Assembly: GCA_045641285.1 (NCBI GenBank)
Contig: JAZUGQ010000053.1
Location: 51,790 to 115,789, forward strand
Reading direction: 5' to 3'
From: Lachnospiraceae bacterium
GTDB taxonomy: Bacteria; Bacillota; Clostridia; Lachnospirales; Lachnospiraceae
DNA length: 64,000 bases
Positions 47,510-60,604 of this stretch are shown piece after piece (position 1 is the stretch's first letter; each line of letters opens with the position of its first letter). The notes under the pieces are model-generated. The model had not been told where the DNA came from. It made no database searches and saw only the letters and a list, made by a program, of their open reading frames with translations. Position numbers and translations under genes: made by a program.

Positions 47510-48205
47510 ATGTCAAAAAACAAAGAACAGGCAGTTTCCATGAAGGAAAACAAACAGGCAAATCACGGAGCCGTGGACGATGCAAAGGCATTTCCGAATT
47601 CCGGTAACGGGACAAAGACACTCATAAGTTCCGACGCAGAAACCAAGGAAAAGAAGCGCGGCGGAAGCGTTATCATGCTGTGCCTCCTGGCCATGTTTAC
47701 CGCATTGCAGTATGTTACCGAGTATGTTCTGATGATTCAGGTTACGAACAGCAACCGGATTTCATTTACTTCCATACTGCGTGCCGTGACCGGATATACA
47801 TTCGGACCTCTCGGTGCTGTTGTGTCGGGTGCTGCGGATGTCCTGGGTTCCTTTCTTGTGTTCGGCGGCAACATTATTATCGGCGTTACCGTTACCAGAA
47901 TGATTCAGGGACTGACAAACGGTCTGCTGCTTTGGAAGAAATTCACCGCCAAACGGATTATCCTGACGGCGATTTTGGATAATATCATTTTGGGCTGTTT
48001 TGTCAATCAGTTCTTTGTGCTTCGGTTCTACGGAAGTCCTTATAAACTGGCTGCAATTGCCCCGAAAATCGTTGTTTCCTGCATCACCTGCGTAATCGAA
48101 ATCGTGGTTTTGCTGGCGATTCGAAAGGTGCTTCGGTCCATTATCAACAAAACCATGTACAATCAGGGAGTCTGGTCGCCGAATCAAAAGTCCGACAACG
48201 AATAA
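47510..48205 (+). CDS. folT: ECF transporter S component, folate family (FolT-like)
   Basis: 231 aa, polytopic membrane protein. Context is a THF riboswitch upstream and folC genes downstream. About 45-aa hydrophilic N-terminal extension. Confidence 0.75.
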   Translation: MSKNKEQAVSMKENKQANHGAVDDAKAFPNSGNGTKTLISSDAETKEKKRGGSVIMLCLLAMFTALQYVTEYVLMIQVTNSNRISFTSILRAVTGYTFGPLGAVVSGAADVLGSFLVFGGNIIIGVTVTRMIQGLTNGLLLWKKFTAKRIILTAILDNIILGCFVNQFFVLRFYGSPYKLAAIAPKIVVSCITCVIEIVVLLAIRKVLRSIINKTMYNQGVWSPNQKSDNE

Positions 48206-48226
48206 TCTGTTTATATGCAAATAATC

Positions 48227-48265
48227 TGCCGAAACGACACCGATTCCGCCGTTTCGGCATTTTTT
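48227..48265 (+). terminator. rho-independent terminator of folT
   Basis: tgccgaaacg (48227-48236) pairs with cgtttcggca (48250-48259), followed by T6. Confidence 0.8.
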
Positions 48266-48332
48266 GGCTTCATAAATTCCGGTATAATGACATGGGAATC
48301 GGGACGAAGAAGGACAAGAACAGCGGAAAGTA

Positions 48333-48361
48333 TTGCTTTTTGAACAAAAATATTCTACAAT
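48333..48361 (+). promoter_or_regulatory. candidate promoter for the folC pair
   Basis: TTGCTT (48333-48338), 17 nt, TACAAT (48356-48361). Confidence 0.45.
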
Positions 48362-48441
48362 ATGGAGTTGTTACGGACTTCGGCAGAACATTTCCGCGAT
48401 AATTTGGCCGAAGTAAAATATTGATAAAGAGAGAGTGAACT

Positions 48442-49704
48442 ATGAGATATTCCGATGCATTGGAATTTATTCGAAATGAACATACCAATGTTTCCAAACC
48501 GGGGCTGGACCGAATCAGCGAATGCCTTGGCCTATTAAAGCACCCGGAGACGACACAGAACATTATTCATGTCGTGGGAACCAACGGAAAAGGGTCTACG
48601 GCGATGATGCTGACCAATACGCTGGTTGCCGCAGGATATCATGTCGGAACCATGATTTCTCCTGCATTATATGATGTCAAGGATTATTATCGTATCGACG
48701 GAAAGCCGATTACCGAACAGCAGTTTATCGGTGCGGTGGAAACACTGAAATCATCGTTCCGGATTTATGACCCGGATCCGACCGAATTTGAACGTGCGGT
48801 TGCCGTGGCATTGATTATGTTTAAGCTGGAAGGCTGTGATTTCACTATTCTGGAAGCCGGAATGGGCGGTGCCAACGATGCCACAAATATCGGCGAGGGA
48901 TGCCTTACCGTTGTGACCAAAATCGCGTTGGACCATACGAATTTTCTGGGTAATACACTGGAAGAAATAACGACGGAGAAACTGGGAATAGCCAACGAAG
49001 GGGAGCCGATTGTCATGGCAGTCAATTCTCCGATTGTAACGGAAACCGCAAAAGAATGGTGCGAAACCCATGACAACCAATTGTATTTTGCCAATATTTT
49101 CGATGAAAGCTTTTTCCCGGAAGACCGTGCAATGACGGCGGAATACCAGAAAATCAACATCGCCACCGTGATGAAGGCCGTGGATATCATAAAGACCATG
49201 AATATTAACGGAAATCCCGTGCTGATTGATGATTTTGCGATTGAGGCGGGAATCCGTGCAACCAAGCTTCCGTACCGGTTTGATTTCATTTCCAGAAAGC
49301 CGGATATCATTTTCGACGGAGGACATAATCCGGACTGTGTCGATGCACTGTGCCGTTCGCTGCAGCATCATTCCGGAAATCAGAAATATTATATTGTGAC
49401 GGGTGTGCTGGCGGATAAGGATTATTTTGCCATGTATGAAATGCTGCAGCGGTATGCGAAGGCATTTATCTGCATTACGCCGCCGAACAAGCGGGCACTT
49501 CCCGCGGAGGAACTGAAAGCGTTTCTGAGTGAATTCGAGAAACCGGTTGAGGTCGCGGATTCCATGGATGCTCTGGCGGCCCGAATGATGGAGCTGCACA
49601 AAGCGGGAGAACCGATTCTGGTGACCGGATCGTTGTATATTATGTCGGATATCGAATCGGCATGGACGGCAATCAATGCGTTGCGGCAGGACACCACAAA
49701 ATAA
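48442..49704 (+). CDS. folC: folylpolyglutamate synthase/dihydrofolate synthase family protein, copy 1
   Basis: 420 aa. Mur-ligase P-loop VVGTNGKGST. Motifs LEAGMGG and DGGHNP. Confidence 0.9.
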   Translation: MRYSDALEFIRNEHTNVSKPGLDRISECLGLLKHPETTQNIIHVVGTNGKGSTAMMLTNTLVAAGYHVGTMISPALYDVKDYYRIDGKPITEQQFIGAVETLKSSFRIYDPDPTEFERAVAVALIMFKLEGCDFTILEAGMGGANDATNIGEGCLTVVTKIALDHTNFLGNTLEEITTEKLGIANEGEPIVMAVNSPIVTETAKEWCETHDNQLYFANIFDESFFPEDRAMTAEYQKINIATVMKAVDIIKTMNINGNPVLIDDFAIEAGIRATKLPYRFDFISRKPDIIFDGGHNPDCVDALCRSLQHHSGNQKYYIVTGVLADKDYFAMYEMLQRYAKAFICITPPNKRALPAEELKAFLSEFEKPVEVADSMDALAARMMELHKAGEPILVTGSLYIMSDIESAWTAINALRQDTTK

Positions 49705-49717
49705 TCCGGAGGCAGCT

Positions 49718-51010
49718 ATGACTTACGAAGAAGTATATGAGCGTCTGACCAACACCAACTTTTTTTCCAAATCAGCCGGGTTGTACCGCATGAAAACAAT
49801 GCTTCGGTACTTTGATAATCCGCAGGATTCGGTTCCCTGCATTCATGTTGCGGGAACGAACGGAAAAGGTTCGGTATGCGCCATTCTGGCTTCCGTGCTG
49901 CGTCAGGCGGGGTACCATGTCGGGCTGTTTACGTCACCGTATCTGATCAATTTTCGGGAACGTATCCAATATGACGGAGCGATGATTTCCGAAGAAGACT
50001 GTGCGAAATACGGGACGATTGTCTGCGAATATTCGGACAAACTGTACGAACCCGCAAATCAGTTCGAATTGCTGACGGCGCTTGCAATGCTGTATTTCCG
50101 CGATAAGAAATGCGATATCGTCATTTTGGAAACCGGACTCGGAGGAACGTTTGACCCTACCAATACCGTGTCCAAACCTCTGTGCAGCGTAATCATGAAT
50201 ATCGGACTCGATCATTGTGCGATTCTGGGAAATACGATTGAACAGATTGCCGCTGCGAAGTCCGGAATCATTAAGCCGGACTGCGATGTCTGCGTGTATC
50301 CGGTGACACCGGATGCGTACAAGGTCATTTCCGAATATGCATGGAAGGCAAATGCGGCACTGCATTCCGTTGATGCGGACGATGTGACGGAGCTGGAGCC
50401 GATTGCCGGGTTGGAACATTTTGCATACAAAGACCATGAATATACACTGTCGCTTCTCGGAAAGCATCAGCAATACAATGCGGCAACCGCACTGGAAGTT
50501 CTGACGGTACTGAATCGCCATGGATTTTACGTGAGTGACGAAGAAATTCAGAACGGGTTCCGAACGGTCAACTGGCCGGCAAGACTGGAAATTCTGAGCA
50601 AGAGACCGCTTGTATATCTGGACGGAGGCCATAATCCACAGTGTGTTGCGGCGATAACCAAATGGTTTCGGACCGAAGCGTTTCATGGTAAGAACATCAC
50701 CGTTGTAACGGGCATGGTGAACGATAAAGATTATCGGACCATGTTGGAAATGCTGCGAACGATTTCGGATACGATTTATTTTTACCGGTTTGACAACAAG
50801 CGGGCGATTCCTTCCGAGGAAGTGGACCGGCTGTGCATGGAATTTTCCATGAAACGGATTGACTCCCTGCAGGAAACCGTAAACGAAATTCTGAAAAATG
50901 CCAAGAAAAATGACGTCTTCCTGTTTATCGGATCGTTATATATGGTTCAGGATGTCAAGGAAGCAATGAAACGGTATCGGATTGAGAAAAAGGGAAACAA
51001 ACATGAGTAA
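49718..51010 (+). CDS. folylpolyglutamate synthase/dihydrofolate synthase family protein, copy 2
   Basis: 430 aa from the ATG at 49718 (CCGGAGG RBS). Motifs VAGTNGKGSV, LETGLGG, DGGHNP. Confidence 0.88.
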   Translation: MTYEEVYERLTNTNFFSKSAGLYRMKTMLRYFDNPQDSVPCIHVAGTNGKGSVCAILASVLRQAGYHVGLFTSPYLINFRERIQYDGAMISEEDCAKYGTIVCEYSDKLYEPANQFELLTALAMLYFRDKKCDIVILETGLGGTFDPTNTVSKPLCSVIMNIGLDHCAILGNTIEQIAAAKSGIIKPDCDVCVYPVTPDAYKVISEYAWKANAALHSVDADDVTELEPIAGLEHFAYKDHEYTLSLLGKHQQYNAATALEVLTVLNRHGFYVSDEEIQNGFRTVNWPARLEILSKRPLVYLDGGHNPQCVAAITKWFRTEAFHGKNITVVTGMVNDKDYRTMLEMLRTISDTIYFYRFDNKRAIPSEEVDRLCMEFSMKRIDSLQETVNEILKNAKKNDVFLFIGSLYMVQDVKEAMKRYRIEKKGNKHE

Positions 51011-52775
51011 AGGAACAAACAATTCGGACAAAGCGAAAAAGACAATGCGTATCGTATATGCGGCATGGGCGGCGTTGATTGTCATTGCCGCAATTGCAGC
51101 TATCGTATTGTTATATGAGAAAGATCATAATTCCGGGAAGCAGGGCGGAACGAAAACCACGGCAAGTTCACCGACGGCGGCACCGGATACCACGAAAGCA
51201 CCGGACGCGACTCCGTCATCGGCTCCCGATACGACTCCTGCCACATCGCCGGAACCGACCAAAGCACCGGAACCCGGAAACACTCCGGTTCCGACCGTAC
51301 CGGTAAATCCGGAGCCGACCAAGACACCGACAGATATTCCGGCAGAACCTACTAAGGAACCGACCAAGGAGCCGGCAAAGGAGCCGACCAAGGAGCCGAC
51401 CAAAGCACCGACTCCGACTCCGAAACCGGTCAAGGAAACCGGAACGCCGTTTGCCAATCACGGGAAACTCACGGTTTCCGGAACGCAGATTGTGGACAAG
51501 AACGGAAAACCGTATCAGTTAAAGGGTGTCAGCACGCACGGTTTGCAATGGTTCCCGCAGTTTGTCAACAAAGAAACATTTCAATGTCTTCGGGACGATT
51601 GGGGCGTCAACGCCATTCGTCTTGCCATGTACACGGATGAAAACGGATACTGCGCCGGAGCCGATAAAAAAGCCTTGAAGAAGCTGGTCAAAGACGGTGT
51701 AAACCTTGCCACCGATCTGGGACTGTATGTCATTATCGACTGGCACATTCTGCATGATTACGATCCCAATATCAATAAAGCGGATGCCATCGCATTCTTT
51801 GATGAGATGTCCAAAGAGTTTGCCGGAAACAGCAATGTCTTCTACGAAATCTGCAACGAGCCGAACGGCGGAATTTCCTGGAGCAGCGTAAAATCCTATG
51901 CGGAAGAAGTCATTCCCGTCATCCGCAAAAACTCCAAAGACGGAATTATCATAGTCGGAACGCCGACCTGGTCGCAGGATGTCGACATTGCGGCGAAAGA
52001 TCCGATTAAGGGATATTCCAATATTATGTATGCACTTCATTTTTATGCCGGAACACACAAAGACAATATCCGGAGCAAAATGAAGACCGCAATCGAGTCG
52101 GGACTTCCCGTTTTCGTCTCGGAATACGGAATCTGCGATGCATCCGGAAACGGACTTTGCGATGAGGCGGAAGCCAACCGCTGGGTTGCGTTTATGGACA
52201 GCTACGGCGTCAGCTATATGATTTGGAATCTGGCCAACAAAAACGAATCGTCGTCGCTGATCAAAGAAAGCTGCAAAAAATTATCCGGCTTTACCGAAAA
52301 TGACCTGAATCAGGAAGCATTGTGGTTTATCAATATGCTTCACGGCAAACTTCCCGAAGTATCGCCCGAAGATATCGAGAAAATCAAGGACAATGCCGGA
52401 GGAAGCGGCGGAGGGGAGGTTGCCAACCCCGACTCCGTATTTAAGAAACAGACCTTCGGCAATGTGGATGTCAATTTCGCATCCACCAATACCTGGAATG
52501 AACAGAAGAGTAAATGTTACCAGTTCGGTGTGGGGATTTCCAATCGAAGTGCGTCGCCCGTTCGAAACTGGAAGCTTGTGATTACGTTCAATACCGAAGT
52601 GAAGAGCGATAATTTCTGGTGCTGCAAAGCGTCGTTTAATGGCAAAACCCTGACGCTGACACCGGAAAGCTTTAACGGTACCATTGGCGCCAATGCCTCC
52701 ACATCGGATATCGGAATCATTTTGCAAAGCAAGTCCCTGCTGAAAATCGAATCGATGGAATTTTACTGCGAATAA
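51003..52775 (+). CDS. membrane-anchored GH5 endoglucanase with Pro/Thr-rich linker and C-terminal CBM2-like module
   Basis: N-terminal TM anchor. Linker of EPTK/TPxP repeats (about 51170-51440). GH5 motifs YEICNEPNG (acid/base) and VFVSEYG (nucleophile). C-terminal ~115-aa beta-module with a conserved Trp/Asn pattern. Confidence 0.88.
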   Translation: MSKGTNNSDKAKKTMRIVYAAWAALIVIAAIAAIVLLYEKDHNSGKQGGTKTTASSPTAAPDTTKAPDATPSSAPDTTPATSPEPTKAPEPGNTPVPTVPVNPEPTKTPTDIPAEPTKEPTKEPAKEPTKEPTKAPTPTPKPVKETGTPFANHGKLTVSGTQIVDKNGKPYQLKGVSTHGLQWFPQFVNKETFQCLRDDWGVNAIRLAMYTDENGYCAGADKKALKKLVKDGVNLATDLGLYVIIDWHILHDYDPNINKADAIAFFDEMSKEFAGNSNVFYEICNEPNGGISWSSVKSYAEEVIPVIRKNSKDGIIIVGTPTWSQDVDIAAKDPIKGYSNIMYALHFYAGTHKDNIRSKMKTAIESGLPVFVSEYGICDASGNGLCDEAEANRWVAFMDSYGVSYMIWNLANKNESSSLIKESCKKLSGFTENDLNQEALWFINMLHGKLPEVSPEDIEKIKDNAGGSGGGEVANPDSVFKKQTFGNVDVNFASTNTWNEQKSKCYQFGVGISNRSASPVRNWKLVITFNTEVKSDNFWCCKASFNGKTLTLTPESFNGTIGANASTSDIGIILQSKSLLKIESMEFYCE

Positions 52776-52798
52776 CAGGCTGAAATACAACTAACAGG

Positions 52799-52856
52799 AT
52801 ACCGGTCACCCGAAATCGAAGAGGAATTCTCCGACGAACGGCGGCCGGTATTTTTA
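52799..52856 (+). terminator. probable terminator after the GH5 gene (long-loop hairpin plus T5)
   Basis: ataccggtcacc (52799-52810) pairs with ggcggccggtat (52840-52851), with one wobble and one mismatch. Followed by TTTTT. Confidence 0.5.
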
Positions 52857-52902
52857 TGTCGAAAATAATTTTCGTTTTTCCTTGAAGTTCTTACGTTTTT
52901 CG

Positions 52903-52931
52903 TTGATATTTGAATATCGTTGTGTTATAAT
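52903..52931 (+). promoter_or_regulatory. promoter of pnp with a ~175-nt leader
   Basis: TTGATA (52903-52908), 17 nt, TGtTATAAT (hexamer 52926-52931). Confidence 0.55.
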
Positions 52932-53112
52932 GTAACGCGGTATAAAGTGTATTTAGGTAACTGTGAAGCCGAAACACATCCCCGTGACTTCTGAAAAACA
53001 AAGGACCGACGTCATTTGCTTTTCAGTTGTTACGGAGGTTTCGTGCTCACAAAGCCTCATTTGGACGCGCGCTGATACGTCCCAACCGAAAACAGCGCAG
53101 AAAGAGGTTTAT

Positions 53113-55197
53113 ATGTATAAGAGTTTTTCTATGGAACTTGCCGGAAGAACCCTCACGGTTGATGTCGATCGTGTGGCGAAGCAGGCAAACGGTGCAGCTT
53201 TGATGCACTACGGTGATACCACCGTTCTTTCCACCGCCACGGCCAGTGAAAAGCCGAGAGACGGTATCGATTTCTTCCCTTTGAGCGTAGAGTACGAAGA
53301 GAAGATGTATGCAGTCGGAAAGATCCCGGGAGGATTTAACAAGCGTGAAGGAAAAGCATCCGAGAATGCCATCCTGACATCCCGTGTTATCGACCGTCCG
53401 ATGCGTCCTTTGTTCCCGAAGGATTACAGAAATGATGTTACCATCAACAACCTGGTTCTGTCCGTTGACCCGTCATGTACACCGGAGCTTACGGCAATGC
53501 TCGGTTCCGCAATCGCGGTTGCAATTTCCGACATTCCGTTTGACGGTCCGTGCGCAACGACTCAGGTCGGAATGATTGACGGCGAATTCATTTTGAATCC
53601 GACGCAGGAACAGACCCAAAATGGCGATCTGAAGCTGACTGTAGCATCCACAAGAGACAAGGTTATTATGATTGAAGCCGGTGCCAACGAGCTTCCGGAA
53701 GCAAAAATGATTGAAGCCATTTATCTTGCCGATGCAACCAATAAGGAAATCATTAAGTTCATCGATCAGATTGTTGCGGAATGCGGCAAGCCGAAGCATG
53801 AATACACAAGCTGCGCAATTCCGGAAGAGTTGTTTGCTGCAATTAAGGAAATCGTTCCGCCGGCCGATATGGAAGTTCTGATGTTCTCTCCGGAGAAGCA
53901 GGTTCGTGAAGAGCGGATCAGCAACATGAAGGATACCCTTGTCGAGAAGTTTGCAGACAAGGAAGAATGGCTTCCGTTAATTGATGAAGCTGTTTATCAG
54001 TATGAGAAGAAGACTGTTCGTAAGATGATTCTGAAGGATCATAAGAGACCTGACGGACGTGAGATTACTCAGATTCGTCCTCTTGCAGCAGAAGTTGATA
54101 TTATCCCGAGAGTTCATGGTTCTTCCATGTTCACCAGAGGTCAGACTCAGATTTGCGACGTTGTTACCCTGGCTCCTCTGTCGGAAGCACAGAAGGTTGA
54201 CGGATTGGATGACAATGTTGTCAGCAAGAGATATATCCATCATTACAATTTCCCGGCTTACTCAGTTGGTGAGACGAAAGTTTCCAGAGGACCGGGACGT
54301 CGTGAAATCGGTCACGGTGCATTGGCTGAACGGGCTCTGATTCCGGTACTTCCGAGTGAGGAAGAGTTCCCGTATGCAATTCGTGCCGTATCCGAGACAT
54401 TCGAATCCAACGGTTCCACATCCATGGCATCCACCTGTGCATCCTGCATGTCTCTGATGGCTGCCGGTGTTCCGATTAAGAGAATGGTTGCCGGTATCAG
54501 CTGCGGTCTCGTAACCGGTGAAACCGATGATGATTATATCCTTTTGACCGATATTCAGGGTGTTGAGGACTTCTTCGGCGATATGGACTTCAAGGTAACC
54601 GGTACTACCGAAGGTATTACCGCAATTCAGATGGATATCAAGATTCACGGTCTGACCCGTCCTATTGTGGAAGGTGCGATTGCAAGATGCCGTGAAGCAA
54701 GACTGTTCATCATGGATACCTGTATGAAGCCGGCGATTGCCGAACCGAGAAAAGAAGTCAGCAAGTACGCTCCGAAGATCATTCAGATTCAGATCGATCC
54801 TCAGAAGATCGGTGATGTTGTCGGCCAGAGAGGCAAGACCATCAATGCGATTATCGAGCAGACCGGTGTTAAGATTGATATTACCGATGACGGTGCGGTA
54901 TCCGTATGCGGAACCGATATTGACGGAATGAACAAGGCTATCAAGCTGATTCAGACCATCGTTACCGATTTCGAAGAAGGCATGGTTCTGGAAGGCAAAG
55001 TTGTCAGCATCAAGGACTTCGGTGCATTCCTTGAATTCGCTCCCGGCAAAGAGGGAATGGTTCATATTTCCAAGATTGCAAAGGAACGTATCAATCGTGT
55101 CGAAGATGTTCTGACACTTGGAGATGTTGTTAAGTGCATATGCCTTGGCAAGGACAAGATGGGACGTCTCAGCTTCTCGATTAAAGATGTGAAGTAA
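53113..55197 (+). CDS. pnp: polyribonucleotide nucleotidyltransferase (PNPase)
   Basis: Family N-terminus MYKSFSMELAGRTLTV. Two RNase PH domains, plus KH and S1 (GKVVSIKDFGAFLEF). The ORF-track GTG at 52963 is a leader artefact. Confidence 0.96.
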   Translation: MYKSFSMELAGRTLTVDVDRVAKQANGAALMHYGDTTVLSTATASEKPRDGIDFFPLSVEYEEKMYAVGKIPGGFNKREGKASENAILTSRVIDRPMRPLFPKDYRNDVTINNLVLSVDPSCTPELTAMLGSAIAVAISDIPFDGPCATTQVGMIDGEFILNPTQEQTQNGDLKLTVASTRDKVIMIEAGANELPEAKMIEAIYLADATNKEIIKFIDQIVAECGKPKHEYTSCAIPEELFAAIKEIVPPADMEVLMFSPEKQVREERISNMKDTLVEKFADKEEWLPLIDEAVYQYEKKTVRKMILKDHKRPDGREITQIRPLAAEVDIIPRVHGSSMFTRGQTQICDVVTLAPLSEAQKVDGLDDNVVSKRYIHHYNFPAYSVGETKVSRGPGRREIGHGALAERALIPVLPSEEEFPYAIRAVSETFESNGSTSMASTCASCMSLMAAGVPIKRMVAGISCGLVTGETDDDYILLTDIQGVEDFFGDMDFKVTGTTEGITAIQMDIKIHGLTRPIVEGAIARCREARLFIMDTCMKPAIAEPRKEVSKYAPKIIQIQIDPQKIGDVVGQRGKTINAIIEQTGVKIDITDDGAVSVCGTDIDGMNKAIKLIQTIVTDFEEGMVLEGKVVSIKDFGAFLEFAPGKEGMVHISKIAKERINRVEDVLTLGDVVKCICLGKDKMGRLSFSIKDVK

Positions 55198-55256
55198 GTG
55201 ATCGTTATTCATGCGAGTTGTCGCATTTGGCGGCGCCTCAACGTGAGATAATACAC

Positions 55257-55290
55257 AAGGGTGCCATAGTTTGGCACCCTTGTTTCAGTT
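55257..55290 (+). terminator. rho-independent terminator of pnp
   Basis: aagggtgcca pairs with tggcaccctt (10 bp), loop tagtt, then a T-rich tail. Confidence 0.7.
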
Positions 55291-55349
55291 TATTTGCATA
55301 TTTATTTACAACAAATGGGGACAGAATTTCTTTAGCAAAATACAAATAA

Positions 55350-58352
<3,003 letters not shown>

Positions 58353-58361
58353 GGAGTTTCT

Positions 58362-60584
58362 ATGAGTACGATTTTTTATAACAAATGGGCCGGTTACGAC
58401 TGGAATTTCGGAATTCCGATCGGAAACGGCAAATTGGGTGCAATGATACTCGGAGATGCTCATACAACCAGACTTCAGGTGAACGAAGACAGTCTGTGGT
58501 ACGGCGGTCCGATTGACCGTCTGAACCAGGATGCGCATGATAATCTTCCGAAAGTGCGGGAGCTGTTGTTTGCGGGCAAAATTCCGGAAGCGGAAGACCT
58601 GATGACCAAGTCGTTCTCCGGTGTGCCGACCAGCTGCCGAACCTATTCCTCTCTCGGAAATCTTGCGTTTTATCTTGAACAAATGAAGGATTGTACGGAC
58701 TTTCGGAGAGAACTGGATCTGAATACCGCCGTATATACCTGCCGAAAGACAGGAGACGATGTTACCTATCTGGAAACATCATTTGCGGATACGGAAAATA
58801 ATGTCATTGTTTACAAGGTCACAACCGAACAGCACGTACCGTTTGATATTACGGCGGAATTTGACCGTGCACCGTTTTATGACAGCGGATTCCATGACGA
58901 TAAAATCGTTTATTCCATGGGCAATTTGGTCGGTGACAATTATCGTTTCTGTACCGGTTTTACGGCATTTTCCAACGGTGGAACACAGACCGTAACGGGA
59001 CGCTATATCAGCTGCAAACAGGTAACCGAAGTCTGTTTCCTGTTTACCGCAACAACGACGTTTTATGAGTCCGACCCGCTTGCGTATGTCCGTGCAACGC
59101 TGAATTTTTCCGAAAATCCGTATGATAAACTGCTGAAGATTCATACCGAGAATTATCAGAAGCTGTTTCACAATACGAAGCTGACGCTGGCGGCGGACGA
59201 ATCCAAAAACGAGATTCCGACGGACGAACGGTTGGACGCGTTTGACGAAGAGCATCCGGACAACGGCCTGCTTCAGACATATTTTGACTTCGGACGGTAC
59301 CTGTTGATTTCAAGTTCCCGTCCCGGTTCCCAACCGGCAAACTTGCAGGGCGTATGGAATTCACATATGGACCCGCCGTGGGGAAGCAAATACACCATTA
59401 ATATCAATGCGGAAATGAACTACTGGCCGGCCGAAACCCTCGGACTTTCGGAATGTTCACTGCCGTTGTTCGATCTGATGAAACGAATGTGCGAAAACGG
59501 AAAACGAACCGCACGGCAAATGTACGGATGCCGGGGAACCGTTGCGCATCATAATACCGACATTTGGGGTGATACCGCACCGCAGGACACCTGGATTCCG
59601 GGAACGTACTGGGTTATGGGAATGGCATGGCTTTGCACGCATGTATGGACCCATTACTGTTATACGAAAAATCTCGAATTCCTGAAAGAGATGTATCCGG
59701 TTGTCAAGGAAAGCGTTCTCTTTTTCCATGATTTTCTTGTGGAAAAGGACGGAACGGCTTACATTTGTCCTTCCGTTTCACCGGAGAACACATACATCCT
59801 TCCGAACGGAACAAGAGGATGTGCCTGCATTAATTCCACAATGGACGTAGAGATTCTTCGGGATCTGTTTACTCAATATATTGCAATGAGCGAACTGGTC
59901 AACGAAGAGGATACGGAATTTGTGGCATTTACAAAGAAACTGCTGCAGGAACTTCCGCCGATTTCCGTCGGACGCCACGGACAGATCATGGAATGGATGG
60001 AAGATTACGAGGAGGCGGAACCTGGGCATCGTCACATTTCTCATTTGTACGGACTGTTTCCGTCCGGGCAGATTACCATGGACGAGACCAACGATCTTGC
60101 CAAAGCCGCTTCCGTCACGCTGACAAGACGCCTTGAAAACGGCGGCGGTCATACCGGCTGGAGCAGAGCATGGATTATGAACATGTATGCTCATTTGTGG
60201 GACGGAGAAAAATGCTATGACAATATCGTGGCATTGATGAAACATTCCACACTCAGAAATCTTTTGGACAATCATCCGCCGTTCCAGATTGACGGAAACT
60301 TCGGAGCCGTTGCGGCTTTCGGAGAAATGCTTCTGCAAAGCAATGAAAACCGTGTCATTTTGCTTCCGGCACTTCCCGAAGCATGGCATACCGGTAAAGT
60401 GGACGGATTATATGCCTACGGCGGCGCTCGATTTAAAATGAGATGGAGAAACAATCTGCTGTTGGCATTTTCCGTGGAATGCATGACGGAAGAGTACCAT
60501 TCCATTATTTACTATTGCGAAAAACGATTTAAGGTGGATATGGCAAAAGGTGAGATTGCCAGATTCGAAATATACGGTAACTGA
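58362..60584 (+). CDS. GH95-family glycoside hydrolase (alpha-L-fucosidase type)
   Basis: 740 aa. Motifs NEDSLWYGGP, NLQGVWN, NINAEMNYWPAE, HRHISHLYGLFPS. Confidence 0.86.
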   Translation: MSTIFYNKWAGYDWNFGIPIGNGKLGAMILGDAHTTRLQVNEDSLWYGGPIDRLNQDAHDNLPKVRELLFAGKIPEAEDLMTKSFSGVPTSCRTYSSLGNLAFYLEQMKDCTDFRRELDLNTAVYTCRKTGDDVTYLETSFADTENNVIVYKVTTEQHVPFDITAEFDRAPFYDSGFHDDKIVYSMGNLVGDNYRFCTGFTAFSNGGTQTVTGRYISCKQVTEVCFLFTATTTFYESDPLAYVRATLNFSENPYDKLLKIHTENYQKLFHNTKLTLAADESKNEIPTDERLDAFDEEHPDNGLLQTYFDFGRYLLISSSRPGSQPANLQGVWNSHMDPPWGSKYTININAEMNYWPAETLGLSECSLPLFDLMKRMCENGKRTARQMYGCRGTVAHHNTDIWGDTAPQDTWIPGTYWVMGMAWLCTHVWTHYCYTKNLEFLKEMYPVVKESVLFFHDFLVEKDGTAYICPSVSPENTYILPNGTRGCACINSTMDVEILRDLFTQYIAMSELVNEEDTEFVAFTKKLLQELPPISVGRHGQIMEWMEDYEEAEPGHRHISHLYGLFPSGQITMDETNDLAKAASVTLTRRLENGGGHTGWSRAWIMNMYAHLWDGEKCYDNIVALMKHSTLRNLLDNHPPFQIDGNFGAVAAFGEMLLQSNENRVILLPALPEAWHTGKVDGLYAYGGARFKMRWRNNLLLAFSVECMTEEYHSIIYYCEKRFKVDMAKGEIARFEIYGN

Positions 60585-60604
60585 TATCGAAAGGAGACGG
60601 ACCG

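Noticed and set aside
51079-51461. Several 75-110-aa ORFs on both strands within the GH5 linker region
   Set aside because: They are alternative-frame readings of the repetitive Pro/Thr-rich linker (CCG/ACC-rich DNA) and have no independent signals.
52963-53112. 50-codon N-terminal extension of pnp from a GTG
   Set aside because: The PNPase family N-terminus starts at MYKSF (53113), with an AAAGAGG RBS upstream. The extension is leader RNA downstream of a consensus promoter.
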